A stretch of DNA of 64,000 nucleotides from Candidatus Moraniibacteriota bacterium (GTDB taxonomy: Bacteria; Patescibacteriota; Minisyncoccia; Moranbacterales; UBA9337): NCBI GenBank assembly GCA_029865125.1, contig JAOUHN010000002.1, positions 713 to 64,712 of the forward strand, written 5' to 3'. The notes beneath the pieces were generated by a model. It had not been told where the DNA came from. It searched no databases and saw nothing but the letters and a program-made list of their open reading frames with translations. Shown in pieces: positions 39,215 to 48,666 of the stretch. A program made the translations under genes and the position numbers. Position 1 is the stretch's first letter; every line of letters begins with the position of its first letter.

Positions 39215-39820
39215 ATGAAATTTTCAATGTATAAAAAAATATTTTTGAGTGTTTTTTTGGCAAGTGCAATGTTTTTTTTCGCAAATCAGTTTTGTCAAGC
39301 AGCGCCAATCACGTTTACTAGTCCACTGAAATACACTACGGTTGAATCTTTTACTGCTGGTTTTTTGGAAAGATTGCAAGGTGTGATTGTTATGATAGCG
39401 GTGGTGTTCATTGTGATTGGAGGGCTTTTGTATATGACTTCTGCTGGAAATGAACAAAAAATTGAGACCGCAAAAAAAGCTATTTCCGCTGCGGTCATAG
39501 GATTGGCAATCGCTGTTGCAGCTCCAACTTTCATCAAAGAAATCTATATTATTTTTGGAACAGGAGTTCCTGGAAGTGCTGCGGGGGCCCCAAGTCTCGC
39601 GAAGATACTCACAAATGTTTTGAATTTCTTGTTGGGAATTCTCGGAGTTTTGGCAGTTGTCATGATGGTTTTTGCGGGAATCATGTATCTCACAGCGGCG
39701 GGCGATGAAACTCGAATTGAAACCGCAAAAAAGATGACAAAGTGGTCTATTATGGGAGTGGCAGTTGCTCTTTCAGCAATAGTGATTGTCAGACAAGTGG
39801 CACTTCTTTTCACTGCATAA
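39215..39820 (+). CDS. Double-domain TrbC/VirB2-like pilin 6
   Basis: Two pilin motifs GGLLYMTSAGNEQKIETAKK and AGIMYLTAAGDETRIETAKK. Confidence 0.82.
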   Translation: MKFSMYKKIFLSVFLASAMFFFANQFCQAAPITFTSPLKYTTVESFTAGFLERLQGVIVMIAVVFIVIGGLLYMTSAGNEQKIETAKKAISAAVIGLAIAVAAPTFIKEIYIIFGTGVPGSAAGAPSLAKILTNVLNFLLGILGVLAVVMMVFAGIMYLTAAGDETRIETAKKMTKWSIMGVAVALSAIVIVRQVALLFTA

Positions 39821-39843
39821 TAGCAAATTGAATTGAGAAAATA

Positions 39844-39874
39844 AAAAATCCCTGAAGTAATCAGGGATTTTTTT
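39844..39874. terminator. Bidirectional terminator
   Basis: aaaaaatccctgaagtaatcagggatttttt. Confidence 0.82.
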
Positions 39875-39888
39875 GAAAGAAATTTTTA

Positions 39889-40224
39889 CTATTTTATTTT
39901 TTTGAAACTCACCTTATACACTGGCTCATATTCGATTTCATATTCATCTTTGAGATATACACTTTTTCCTTCCATGAGCGTGCTCATGGCGATGTCAGAG
40001 ATCATTTCATTGAGATCATTGATTTCGTCTCTAAGTTCATCTAGTTTGACAGGTCGATAGGAATCTTCAATTTGCTTTTTCTTTTCTCGAAGTGTTTTGA
40101 GTTCTTCAACTAGCTCCATATATTTCCCATCATTTTCAAGGGAATATTTGAATTCTTTTCTAACATCACGCTGGTCCTTTTTGAAGTCTTGAAGCTTTTT
40201 GAATAGTTCTTGTATGTCCTGCAT
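39889..40224 (-). CDS. Hypothetical coiled-coil protein
   Basis: 111-aa ORF with host-like composition; YEPVYKVSFKK C-terminus. Confidence 0.75.
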   Translation of the reverse strand: MQDIQELFKKLQDFKKDQRDVRKEFKYSLENDGKYMELVEELKTLREKKKQIEDSYRPVKLDELRDEINDLNEMISDIAMSTLMEGKSVYLKDEYEIEYEPVYKVSFKKIK

Positions 40225-40477
40225 ATTTGTTTTATTTTAGCGGAAAATAGCGCTATATGGACAATGTTTGAAATTACCTTATATAGCACAAACCACTTTG
40301 AATGTTTACAGATAACAAAAATAATTCTACCATAGAAAGAAGGAAGGTCAAAATCATGTAGCACAGAACACATAACATGGAACATGAAATGCAAAACTTC
40401 TCCTTAGTCACCCCTTTTGAGGAAAAAGGGAGGAGACACAGAAAGATTATAGTTCACTAATTTACTAATTGAATAAC

Positions 40478-41254
40478 ATGCAACAAATTGAAATTAAAAG
40501 TAGTGATAATGAAAAGATAAAAACTCTCAGAAAACTTCGTAGCAAAAAATATCGAAACAAACTGGGTCTTTTTTGTGTTGAAAATTGGACAATTATTTTT
40601 GATGCACTCAAAGATGGAAATCAATTCGAAAGCATTTTTGTGACGGAGGAATTTTTGAAAAATAATGAAGACAAGATGGGCTTTATTTTCAAAAATTCCA
40701 ATGTGGATGAATATTTTGTGATTAGTGAAAAAGTGAACGAGTCATTCTCTTCTTTGGAGACTGCCCCGGGAATTTGTGTTGTGTTTCGAAAAACGGAAAG
40801 GCCAGTTGAATTGAATAAAAAAATAATCTATCTCAATGCAATTTCTGATCCTGGAAATCTCGGAACGATTTTTCGAAGTGCCTTGGCTTTTGGTTTTGAA
40901 AATATTGTTTTGGATGAGAATTGTGTGGACGCATTTAGTCCAAAAACAATTCAAGCATCCAAGGGTTCAATTTTCAATCTCAATATTTCTTTTGACAAAA
41001 ATTTTGAGATTTTGTCTGATGCAAAAAAGATGATGAAAATTATTTCCACTGATGTTGAGAAAGGAAAAAATTTGAAAGATTTTTCTAGCAAAGAAATTTT
41101 TTGTTTGGTGCTTGGAAATGAAACCAGGGGAGTGGATGAAGAAATCAAAAAAATGTGTGATGAGTTTCTCAACATTAAAATTGATTCACGAATGGAATCA
41201 TTGAATGTCGCTGCAAGTGCTTCAATAATTTTCTATGAACTCGGGAATAGTTAA
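40478..41254 (+). CDS. TrmH/SpoU family RNA methyltransferase
   Basis: ISDPGNLGTIFRSA, LVLGNETRG, ESLNVAASASI. Confidence 0.93.
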   Translation: MQQIEIKSSDNEKIKTLRKLRSKKYRNKLGLFCVENWTIIFDALKDGNQFESIFVTEEFLKNNEDKMGFIFKNSNVDEYFVISEKVNESFSSLETAPGICVVFRKTERPVELNKKIIYLNAISDPGNLGTIFRSALAFGFENIVLDENCVDAFSPKTIQASKGSIFNLNISFDKNFEILSDAKKMMKIISTDVEKGKNLKDFSSKEIFCLVLGNETRGVDEEIKKMCDEFLNIKIDSRMESLNVAASASIIFYELGNS

Positions 41255-41331
41255 TTAGTAAATGAGGGGCAGTGTTTTGTGATGCATGACCCATGTTCTA
41301 TGTTATGTGTTCTATGCTGTAGGATAAGGGC

Positions 41332-41360
41332 TTGACTTTTTCGTTTACATGGTGTATAAT
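41332..41360 (+). promoter_or_regulatory. Putative sigma70 promoter
   Basis: TTGACT-17bp-TATAAT. Confidence 0.7.
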
Positions 41361-41507
41361 GATATTGTAAGTGGTTGAGACACACCACTTCAAGCAAAAC
41401 GGGTGATGCCCGTTTTTATTTTATTTAAGCATTTAATTTCTTAATTTAAACCTGTTAGTACTCAAATTTCTTTTGAAATCTGAGTGATAGCAGCGAAAAC
41501 AAAAAGT

Positions 41508-41675
41508 ATGCAAGAAGAAATGCAACAAAGAGACAATTGTGGGGGAGACAATTGCCCCGAGTGTCAAAAGAGTAATCAAGAAGTAAGAGAAAATGAAGAT
41601 TCAAACTTCGCAGTTCTCATTTCATTGGTTCCTCTCTTGGTGTTAACATTTTTTAGTCAAGTAGGAATGCTGTAA
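41508..41675 (+). CDS. Small Cys-rich protein with C-terminal TM helix
   Basis: CGGDNCPEC then hydrophobic FAVLISLVPLLVLTFF; terminator at 41703-41743. Confidence 0.6.
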   Translation: MQEEMQQRDNCGGDNCPECQKSNQEVRENEDSNFAVLISLVPLLVLTFFSQVGML

Positions 41676-41803
41676 TAATCAGCAAAAATATTTTTTCCTG
41701 TTTGAACAAAAAACCGTCAAATTATGCGACGGTTTTTTGTTCAAGATTTTTACAAAATGGAAAAAAATTGCTAGTGTATGTGAGTGAATGATTGTATTTT
41801 TTT

Positions 41804-42769
41804 ATGAGAAAATTTTTAGTTATTATTGTGGTAATAAGTTTGGCAACACTTTCTTTGAAGGTGTATTTTGATGAGCATAGAAACACCGGATTTGGAAATG
41901 AAATTCAAAATGGAAGAACGTTGATTTCAAAAATTCCAATGTTCAAAAAAACTGTTTGCGACAGAACACTGGAATATTCAATTGGAAATTTTGATGAACG
42001 TTTTGGGATTAGCGAAGAAGAATTTTTGAGTGCTTTGAGAGAATCTGAACGTGTTTGGGAGGATGCGATAGGACGCAATCTTTTTGAGTATAATCCTCAA
42101 GCTTCATTCCAGGTGAGTTTGATTTTTGATGAAAGACAAAAGCAAAGCATGGAAAATGATGTGCTTGGAAATGACTATGAAAAGCTAGTTGCTGTTCAAG
42201 GAGAAATCTCTCAGGAATATAAGAATCTGGAAGCGGAGTACAATTCTTTCATTGAGATATATAACAAAGAAGTGAAGGAATATGAAAAAGAAGTTTCACA
42301 GTATAATTCTGAGGTGGAGAAATGGAACAAGGAAGGCGGAGCACCTTCGAAAGAATACAAGAAACTTGAGAAAAAGAGCGAAGAATTGAAAGAGTGGTAT
42401 CTGAAGATAGAAAAGGAAATAGATGAGATTAATGATTTGGCCAAAAAAATCAATGAGCTTGCTAAGAAAGAGAATGAGTTGATTTCAAATTTCAATGAAA
42501 ATGTGGAGACATATCGAGAGCGTTATGGAGAGGCTCAAGAGTTCAATCAGGGAGAATATGATGGACAAGGTATTTCTGTGTATCAATTTCGAGAGATGCA
42601 AGATTTGATTTTGGTTTTGACACATGAGTTTGGTCATGCTCTTATTTTGGGGCATGCACAAAATCCTCAGTCAATCATGTATTATTTGATGGAGCAGCAA
42701 GACCTCGAGAACGTGAAATTGACCCAGGAGGACATCAACGCACTCAAAACCGTGTGTGAGCTGAAATAG
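41804..42769 (+). CDS. Matrixin-family (M10) zinc metalloprotease with coiled-coil insert
   Basis: HEFGHALILGH...SIMY Met-turn; N-terminal TM. Confidence 0.88.
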   Translation: MRKFLVIIVVISLATLSLKVYFDEHRNTGFGNEIQNGRTLISKIPMFKKTVCDRTLEYSIGNFDERFGISEEEFLSALRESERVWEDAIGRNLFEYNPQASFQVSLIFDERQKQSMENDVLGNDYEKLVAVQGEISQEYKNLEAEYNSFIEIYNKEVKEYEKEVSQYNSEVEKWNKEGGAPSKEYKKLEKKSEELKEWYLKIEKEIDEINDLAKKINELAKKENELISNFNENVETYRERYGEAQEFNQGEYDGQGISVYQFREMQDLILVLTHEFGHALILGHAQNPQSIMYYLMEQQDLENVKLTQEDINALKTVCELK

Positions 42770-42878
42770 ACTTGAATTCTTACAGTTTTTGATCGTTGAA
42801 TTATACATGTTGTGCGATGAAGATTTAAAGTATGCAATTTGGTGAACAAAAAATGGCAATTGAAGCTCATATAAAACA

Positions 42879-43290
42879 TGTCATCCTGAACTTGTTTCAG
42901 GATCCCAAAGAATAAGCACCTGCTTAATTTAGAAGATAAAGCCATATATGAAACAGTATTGTGTTTATATAATAACTAACAATAATAACACTTCTTTATA
43001 TATTGGAGTAACAGGTAATTTGCAAAAAAGAATCTGGGAACACAAGGACAAGGTAGTAGAGGGTTTTACTAAAAAATACAACTGTGAAAAATTAGTATAT
43101 TTTGAACAAACAGAAAATGTTCACAGTGCACTCAACAGAGAAAAGCAATTAAAAAATTGGCACAGGCAATGGAAAATAAATCTGATTTCTAAGAGTAATC
43201 CAGAGTGGAAAGATTTATTTGATGAATTATGATGTATTAAATTTAACATGTGCTAGTTGCAGGGGATCCTGAAACAAGTTCAGGATGACA
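42879..43290. mobile_element. Putative autonomous element: GIY-YIG gene inside 28-bp palindromic TIRs
   Basis: tgtcatcctgaacttgtttcaggatccc (42879-42906) is the exact reverse complement of 43263-43290. Confidence 0.75.
42948..43232 (+). CDS. Small GIY-YIG nuclease family protein
   Basis: YCVYIIT..SLYIGVT, KRIWEHK, GFTKKY, LVYFE, REKQLKNW, NPEWKDL. Confidence 0.93.
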   Translation: MKQYCVYIITNNNNTSLYIGVTGNLQKRIWEHKDKVVEGFTKKYNCEKLVYFEQTENVHSALNREKQLKNWHRQWKINLISKSNPEWKDLFDEL

Positions 43291-43407
43291 AGTGACGAAG
43301 GTTGCTTTTTTAGAGAAAATATTGTATTCTTTTTTGAACGGAAAATTTCGTTCCTGTATGTAATTGAAAACTAAATATCAAAAAGAGATAGTGATCGGAG
43401 GTGCATC

Positions 43408-44235
43408 ATGAAAGGAATCCATCGTGATTTTAGGAATAAAGTAAGTGAACCTCAGAGTTTATTTGGCCTGGATTATCGGAGTATTTCCGTTCAAGGGTCA
43501 AAGGAAACATTCCTGCTTCTTGGAGGAAGGGGACTGGGATGGGAAGCTGTCACTCACTTAGCTTTTTTCCTGTATCAGCTGGGGCATAGTGTTATCCTTG
43601 TGTCGCTTCCGGGATGCGGAAGCTCAAGAGATTACAAGATTATCAAACCTTTTCCTGTGCAAAGCTTTTCGATTTTTTCCCAGTTTTTTGGGGAGATGGT
43701 GCGGCAACATGGGAGGATGCACGTCATTTCGCATTCTATGAGCGGACGATATTTTGCAGACTATCTAGCTAAATATGAGTCTGCGCAAAGGGATGTGAAA
43801 TCTGTCATCTTTGTGAATCCGTCAGGATTCCGAAAAGAGAGTCCAATGTTGATTTTTCGATTTCTGTTGTCGAAAATCATGCATAAAGTTCAAGAGATGC
43901 ACGGTGTTGATTTGGAGGAGTTGAAAGCTCTGAGCTTTGCTCCGAAAACCTCCATGTATTCTCGCGTGGATAGAATCGGGCAAAGGCTGGCAGAGATCAA
44001 GTATTGCATGCAAGGGGACATTCTGGATAGCCTGAAGCAAATCGCAATTCCAAGGATGGTGATTCTGGGAGAGCGCGATTTTGTTTTTCCGTCTGCAACG
44101 GATATGTCCATCAGGACTGAACTTGAAAGCGCGGGGTGTTTTGTCTCGGTGATGGATTTTGACCATAATCCCACAATTTTGCCGAATGCGGGTGATTTGG
44201 CGGAGGAAATTAGCCTGTATGCTCAAAATATTTGA
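43408..44235 (+). CDS. Alpha/beta hydrolase fold protein
   Basis: LPGCGSS, nucleophile elbow SHSMSG, GERD, DH; SD ggaggt. Confidence 0.8.
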   Translation: MKGIHRDFRNKVSEPQSLFGLDYRSISVQGSKETFLLLGGRGLGWEAVTHLAFFLYQLGHSVILVSLPGCGSSRDYKIIKPFPVQSFSIFSQFFGEMVRQHGRMHVISHSMSGRYFADYLAKYESAQRDVKSVIFVNPSGFRKESPMLIFRFLLSKIMHKVQEMHGVDLEELKALSFAPKTSMYSRVDRIGQRLAEIKYCMQGDILDSLKQIAIPRMVILGERDFVFPSATDMSIRTELESAGCFVSVMDFDHNPTILPNAGDLAEEISLYAQNI

Positions 44236-44412
44236 GATGTGGGGCATGTTTTGTTCTTGAGGCTCGGTGTCATAACTTTTGATTCCGGGCCTTGTTTTTT
44301 TCTATTGCTTTTTGTTTAAACATCATGTATAATATTTTCACGTGCAAGAAGTTGAAAAATTCTGCCTTAAGGCGGTTTTTTGTTTAAATAATACTAAGAA
44401 TTATTAATATTT

Positions 44413-46200
44413 ATGGAAATTAGAAATATTGCGATTATTGCCCATGTAGACCACGGAAAAACCACTCTTACAGACGCTCTTATGCGTCAAACCGGAATGG
44501 TTGAAGAAGGGGTGAGTATGGACAGTAATGAATTGGAAAAAGAAAGAGGTATCACGATTTATGCGAAGAATACTTCAATAAAATACAAGGACACTAAAAT
44601 TAATATTGTGGACACTCCAGGACATGCTGATTTTGGAAGTGAGGTGGAGCGAGTGTTGCGTTCAATTGATAGTGTTGTTTTGGTCGTGGATGCGCAAGAG
44701 GGTCCGATGCCACAAACAAGATTTGTTTTGAAAAAATCATTAGAATTGGGCCTAAAACCGATTGTAGTGATCAACAAGATTGACAAGCCTGCTTCAAGAG
44801 TGGAAGGCGTGGGAGAAGACGTTTTTGAGCTATTTTTGGACCTTGGAGCTAATGATGAGCAACTTGATTTCACAACAATCTATGCAATTGCCAGAGAAGG
44901 AATTGCAAAGGCTAGTATGGATGATGATTCAAAAGATCTAACTCCTCTTTTAGATGTGATTATGAAAGAGGTTCCAGTAGCATCTTCTGAAGAGAAAAAC
45001 AAGAAGCCTTTTGTGATCCAACCTTTTAACTTGGGATATGATAATTTCTTAGGTCGTTTGGCTGTAGGAAGAATTTATGATGGAATCATTCATGATGGTG
45101 ACGAAGTGATCGTGAAAAGTGAAGGAAAAGAGGCTAGAAAAGGAAAGATTACAAAACTTTTCACATTTGATGGAGTTACAAAAAAAGAAGTTGACGAAGC
45201 TCAAGCAGGAGATATTGTAATGATTGCCGGACTTTCAGACATTTTTATCGGAGAGACGATTTGCCAAAATGAAAATCAAGAAATTCTTCCAGCGATCAAT
45301 ATTGATGAACCAACAATATCTTTGAATTTTTTGGTGAACAATTCTCCTTTTGCAGGAAGAGAAGGTGAATTTGTGACAACAAGACAAATCAGAGAAAGAC
45401 TTGAAAAAGAGCTTGAAATTAACGTAGGACTCAAAATTGATTTTTCTGCAGCGGACAAGTTTAAGGTATATGGAAGAGGAGAGCTTCACATTGCTATTCT
45501 TTTGGAAAACATGAGAAGAGAAGGATTTGAGTTACAAGTTTCTCAACCAACCGTAATCATCAAAGAAGAAGATGGCAAAAAATTGGAGCCATTTGAAGAA
45601 GTGACCATTGAAGTTCCTAATGAAATGACCGGAACCGTGATTGAAAAACTTGGGAAAAGAAAAGGTAATATGATTGAAATGAAACCTGATAACGGAACAA
45701 CAAGAATGATTTTTGAAATTCCTACACGGGGTATTTTGGGATATCGTGGAGATTTTATTGTGGATACCAAAGGAGAAGGAGTGATGTATAGTCGCGTGAT
45801 TGGATTTAGAGATCACGTTGGAAATATTGATAAGCATGCATATGGTTCAATGATTTCAAAAGAGACTGGAAAAGCACTTGGATTTTCATTATATAATCTG
45901 CAAGAAAGAGGAACTTTGTATATTCCAGCAAATACTGAGGTATATGAAGGAATGGTAATCGGAAATGTTACAAAGGGTGATGAAATGACCGTAAATCCTC
46001 TCAAAGGAAAGCAGCTTACAAACATGCGTGCCTCAGGTTCTGATGATGCAATCAAACTTATTCCTCCAATTGAAATTACTCTTGAGAGAGGAATGGAAAT
46101 CATGAAGGAAGATGAATATCTTGAGATTACTCCAAAAAGCGTTAGACTTCGAAAACAAGCCTTGAAAGAAAACGAAAGAACAAAAGCGAAGAGAAAATAA
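44413..46200 (+). CDS. typA: Translational GTPase TypA/BipA
   Basis: [44 protein letters not shown]. Confidence 0.98.
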   Translation: MEIRNIAIIAHVDHGKTTLTDALMRQTGMVEEGVSMDSNELEKERGITIYAKNTSIKYKDTKINIVDTPGHADFGSEVERVLRSIDSVVLVVDAQEGPMPQTRFVLKKSLELGLKPIVVINKIDKPASRVEGVGEDVFELFLDLGANDEQLDFTTIYAIAREGIAKASMDDDSKDLTPLLDVIMKEVPVASSEEKNKKPFVIQPFNLGYDNFLGRLAVGRIYDGIIHDGDEVIVKSEGKEARKGKITKLFTFDGVTKKEVDEAQAGDIVMIAGLSDIFIGETICQNENQEILPAINIDEPTISLNFLVNNSPFAGREGEFVTTRQIRERLEKELEINVGLKIDFSAADKFKVYGRGELHIAILLENMRREGFELQVSQPTVIIKEEDGKKLEPFEEVTIEVPNEMTGTVIEKLGKRKGNMIEMKPDNGTTRMIFEIPTRGILGYRGDFIVDTKGEGVMYSRVIGFRDHVGNIDKHAYGSMISKETGKALGFSLYNLQERGTLYIPANTEVYEGMVIGNVTKGDEMTVNPLKGKQLTNMRASGSDDAIKLIPPIEITLERGMEIMKEDEYLEITPKSVRLRKQALKENERTKAKRK

Positions 46201-46306
46201 TTTTATTAGTAATCAGTAACTCGTAACTAGTAACTTGCAATGTGCGTTATTAATGGAATACTTTTTATGAATTCCTCATTACGAGTTACAGTTTACTGAT
46301 TGCTGG

Positions 46307-46780
46307 ATGATGTTAAAAATAACTATTCTTTCAGTTGGAAAGATTAAAGAAAAATATTATCAAGGAATCATTGATGAATATGCAAAGAGGCTCACTCCGT
46401 ATGTTAAGCTTGATTTTGAGGTGCTCAAAGCAGAGCCTTTTTTTGATGATAGTGACAAGGAGGGAATAAAGAACAAAGAAGGAGAAAAAATTGTCAATTT
46501 TCTTGAAAAAAACAGATGGAGCAAAATTTTTATTCTTGATGAAAGAGGAAAAGAATTCACTTCTCATGAATTTTCAAAAGAAATTCATGACGGCACTGAG
46601 CCTATTGTTTTTGTGATTGGAGGAAGTTTAGGTTTGAGCCAGAATGTTTTGAGTTATCCCGGATCAAAAAGAATGGCGCTTTCTGAAATGACTTTTCTTC
46701 ATGAGATGACACAAGTGATTCTCATTGAGCAGATTTACCGCGCTGTGGCTATTGAGAAGGGGAAGAAGTATCATTACTAG
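46307..46780 (+). CDS. rlmH: 23S rRNA (pseudouridine1915-N3)-methyltransferase
   Basis: VGKIKE, LDERGK, IGGSLG, EQIYRA, KYHY. Confidence 0.95.
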   Translation: MMLKITILSVGKIKEKYYQGIIDEYAKRLTPYVKLDFEVLKAEPFFDDSDKEGIKNKEGEKIVNFLEKNRWSKIFILDERGKEFTSHEFSKEIHDGTEPIVFVIGGSLGLSQNVLSYPGSKRMALSEMTFLHEMTQVILIEQIYRAVAIEKGKKYHY

Positions 46781-46983
46781 TAGCACATAACATAGAACAC
46801 ATAGCACATAGCATAGAACATATAGCACATAACATAGAACATATAGCACATAGCATAAAACATATAGTGCAGAACAAAAAATCCGGATTTATCCGGATTT
46901 TTTGTTCCATGTTCCATGTTCCATGTTCCATGTTCCATGTTCCATGTTCCATGTTCCATGTTCCATGTTCCATGTTCCATGTT
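46781..46983. repeat. Inverted 7-mer arrays extending a bidirectional terminator
   Basis: cacataacatagaa array, hairpin gaacaaaaaatccggat-tt-atccggattttttgttc, then (TGTTCCA)x11 at 46903-46979. Confidence 0.92.
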
Positions 46984-47820
46984 TTACATTCCAAGCATTG
47001 AGAAGATGATCATGAGAATGATGATGTTTGTTGTTGAGATGTGGTGGAGTCGGTTGGGGTTGATGGAAGATATGATGTTGATGTGAACCACAATTGCAAG
47101 GGAAATGAGAGTGAGAATGACAATGATATTTCTCAAGACGTCACTTTGCTTGTTGATTTTTGCTGAAAGAACAAAGCTATTTTTTTGTTCCTTTTTTGAA
47201 TATGCGCTGGGTTCAAGTTTCAAATCAGATGAAGAAATTTTTGAATCTGGAGTGGTGTTTTTCAATGCCATTAAAGTGCTTCCTCCGACTGCAGAAGAGG
47301 ATGAAGCAATTGATGAATATTTTTGACTCAGAGTTTGATTTTTTGGTTGAGCAAAAAGTTGAACTGAAATGATGACTTGTTTGTTTTTGATTTCCCCTTC
47401 CAAGACAGCGACGCCGGTTTCTTGATAATTTGGGTCAAGAATATTTTCTCTGTGAGTAGGGCTATTCATCCAAGCGGTGTGTTGCGAAAGAGGATCTTTG
47501 TAGTTTATTGCCAAATTTTCTCCAGCATATCGATATTCATATTCACTTGAACGAAACCAATACCATGGTGTTTTTCCTGCTGGAGAAGTGTGTGAGAAAT
47601 AGTTGTTGCTGATCATGTCGTAGGCCTTTTTTTGTGCTGCCTCTTTTAATTTTTCATTTTCAGTTAGTGGTGCGAGTTCTTTTTCCATTCTTGATTGATT
47701 GGTGAGTCGAACTATTTCTTGTGGAGTTATTTGCGCAGCCCAAGCGCAGGAGGCGACAAAAGACATCAATACTATTGAAGTGAAAATTGAAATATTAAAT
47801 TGTTTGTTTGTGATTTTCAT
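46984..47820 (-). CDS. CAP (SCP) domain secreted protein
   Basis: LTNQSR, KAYDM..YFSH, AGENLA, WMNSPTHRENIL; start reassigned to MKITNK. Confidence 0.9.
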   Translation of the reverse strand: MKITNKQFNISIFTSIVLMSFVASCAWAAQITPQEIVRLTNQSRMEKELAPLTENEKLKEAAQKKAYDMISNNYFSHTSPAGKTPWYWFRSSEYEYRYAGENLAINYKDPLSQHTAWMNSPTHRENILDPNYQETGVAVLEGEIKNKQVIISVQLFAQPKNQTLSQKYSSIASSSSAVGGSTLMALKNTTPDSKISSSDLKLEPSAYSKKEQKNSFVLSAKINKQSDVLRNIIVILTLISLAIVVHINIISSINPNRLHHISTTNIIILMIIFSMLGM

Positions 47821-47896
47821 TTTTGAAATATAAAAAAAGCGCTTCACCCATGAAACACCCTTATATTTGCGAACCTCCTTATTTGTCTATAACATC

Positions 47897-47925
47897 ATTA
47901 TAGCGCATTTTAAGGGAAAAGTCAA
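47897..47925 (-). promoter_or_regulatory. Putative promoter of the CAP gene
   Basis: TTGACT-17bp-TATAAT on the minus strand, abutting the CACATAA array. Confidence 0.65.
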
Positions 47926-47928
47926 ATC

Positions 47929-48052
47929 CACATAACACATAACACATAACACATAACACATAACACATAACACATAACACATAACACATAACACATAACA
48001 CATAACACATAACACATAACACATAACACATAACACATAACACATAACACAT
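47929..48052 (+). repeat. (CACATAA)x17 perfect microsatellite
   Basis: 17 exact units 47929-48047 plus a partial unit. Confidence 0.97.
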
Positions 48053-48079
48053 TAAGCACTAGTCGGTGAGTTTTGATTT

Positions 48080-48192
48080 ATGTTTTCCATGTTCCATGAT
48101 ATGTGTTTTATGTTCTATGCTCCATGATATGTGTTTCATGCTCCATGTTCCATGATATGTGTTTTATGTTCTATGTTCCATGTTCCATGATA
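48080..48192 (-). repeat. Reverse-oriented degenerate 7-mer array
   Basis: ccatgttccatgatatgtgttttatgttctatgctccatg... Confidence 0.85.
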
Positions 48193-48234
48193 TTATTGTA
48201 TAATGAAAGTGTAAGAAGAATAACAATAAAAAAT

Positions 48235-48570
48235 ATGAAAAAAATAATTTTTCATTGGGTGATTTCAACTCTTGCTGTGATGGTGGCTGCATATGTTCTT
48301 CCTGGTGCCAGTGTAGATGGAATTTTGGTGGCCTTTGTTGTTGCTGTAGTTTTGGGAATCATCAATACATTCATCAAGCCGGTGGTCAGCATTTTGACAT
48401 TGCCGATCAGTGCACTCACTCTGGGAATTTTTTCTTTGGTGATCAATGCGTTGTTTGTGATGCTTGTGGACAGATTTGTGGAAGGCTTTCATGTAGCGGG
48501 ATTTTGGTGGGCTTTGATTTTCAGTGTGTTTGTTTCATTGATTAACTTTGTTCTTCACAACAAAGAATAA
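48235..48570 (+). CDS. Phage holin family/YvlD (DUF360) membrane protein
   Basis: LGIINTFIKP, LTLP, TLGIFSLVINA, GFWWA; start reassigned because the upstream part is repeat-derived. Confidence 0.88.
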   Translation: MKKIIFHWVISTLAVMVAAYVLPGASVDGILVAFVVAVVLGIINTFIKPVVSILTLPISALTLGIFSLVINALFVMLVDRFVEGFHVAGFWWALIFSVFVSLINFVLHNKE

Positions 48571-48666
48571 ATGCGTATTGATTTTTTCCCCGTAAGATTG
48601 AATTGATTTTTGTGTGAGTGAAATAATCTTTCAAAAAAACGGGTGTAAATCCGTTTTTAATTTGAT

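Noticed and set aside
47929-48052. Possible CRISPR array in the tandem repeats
   Set aside because: Units are 7-14 bp with no unique spacers and there are no cas genes in the window
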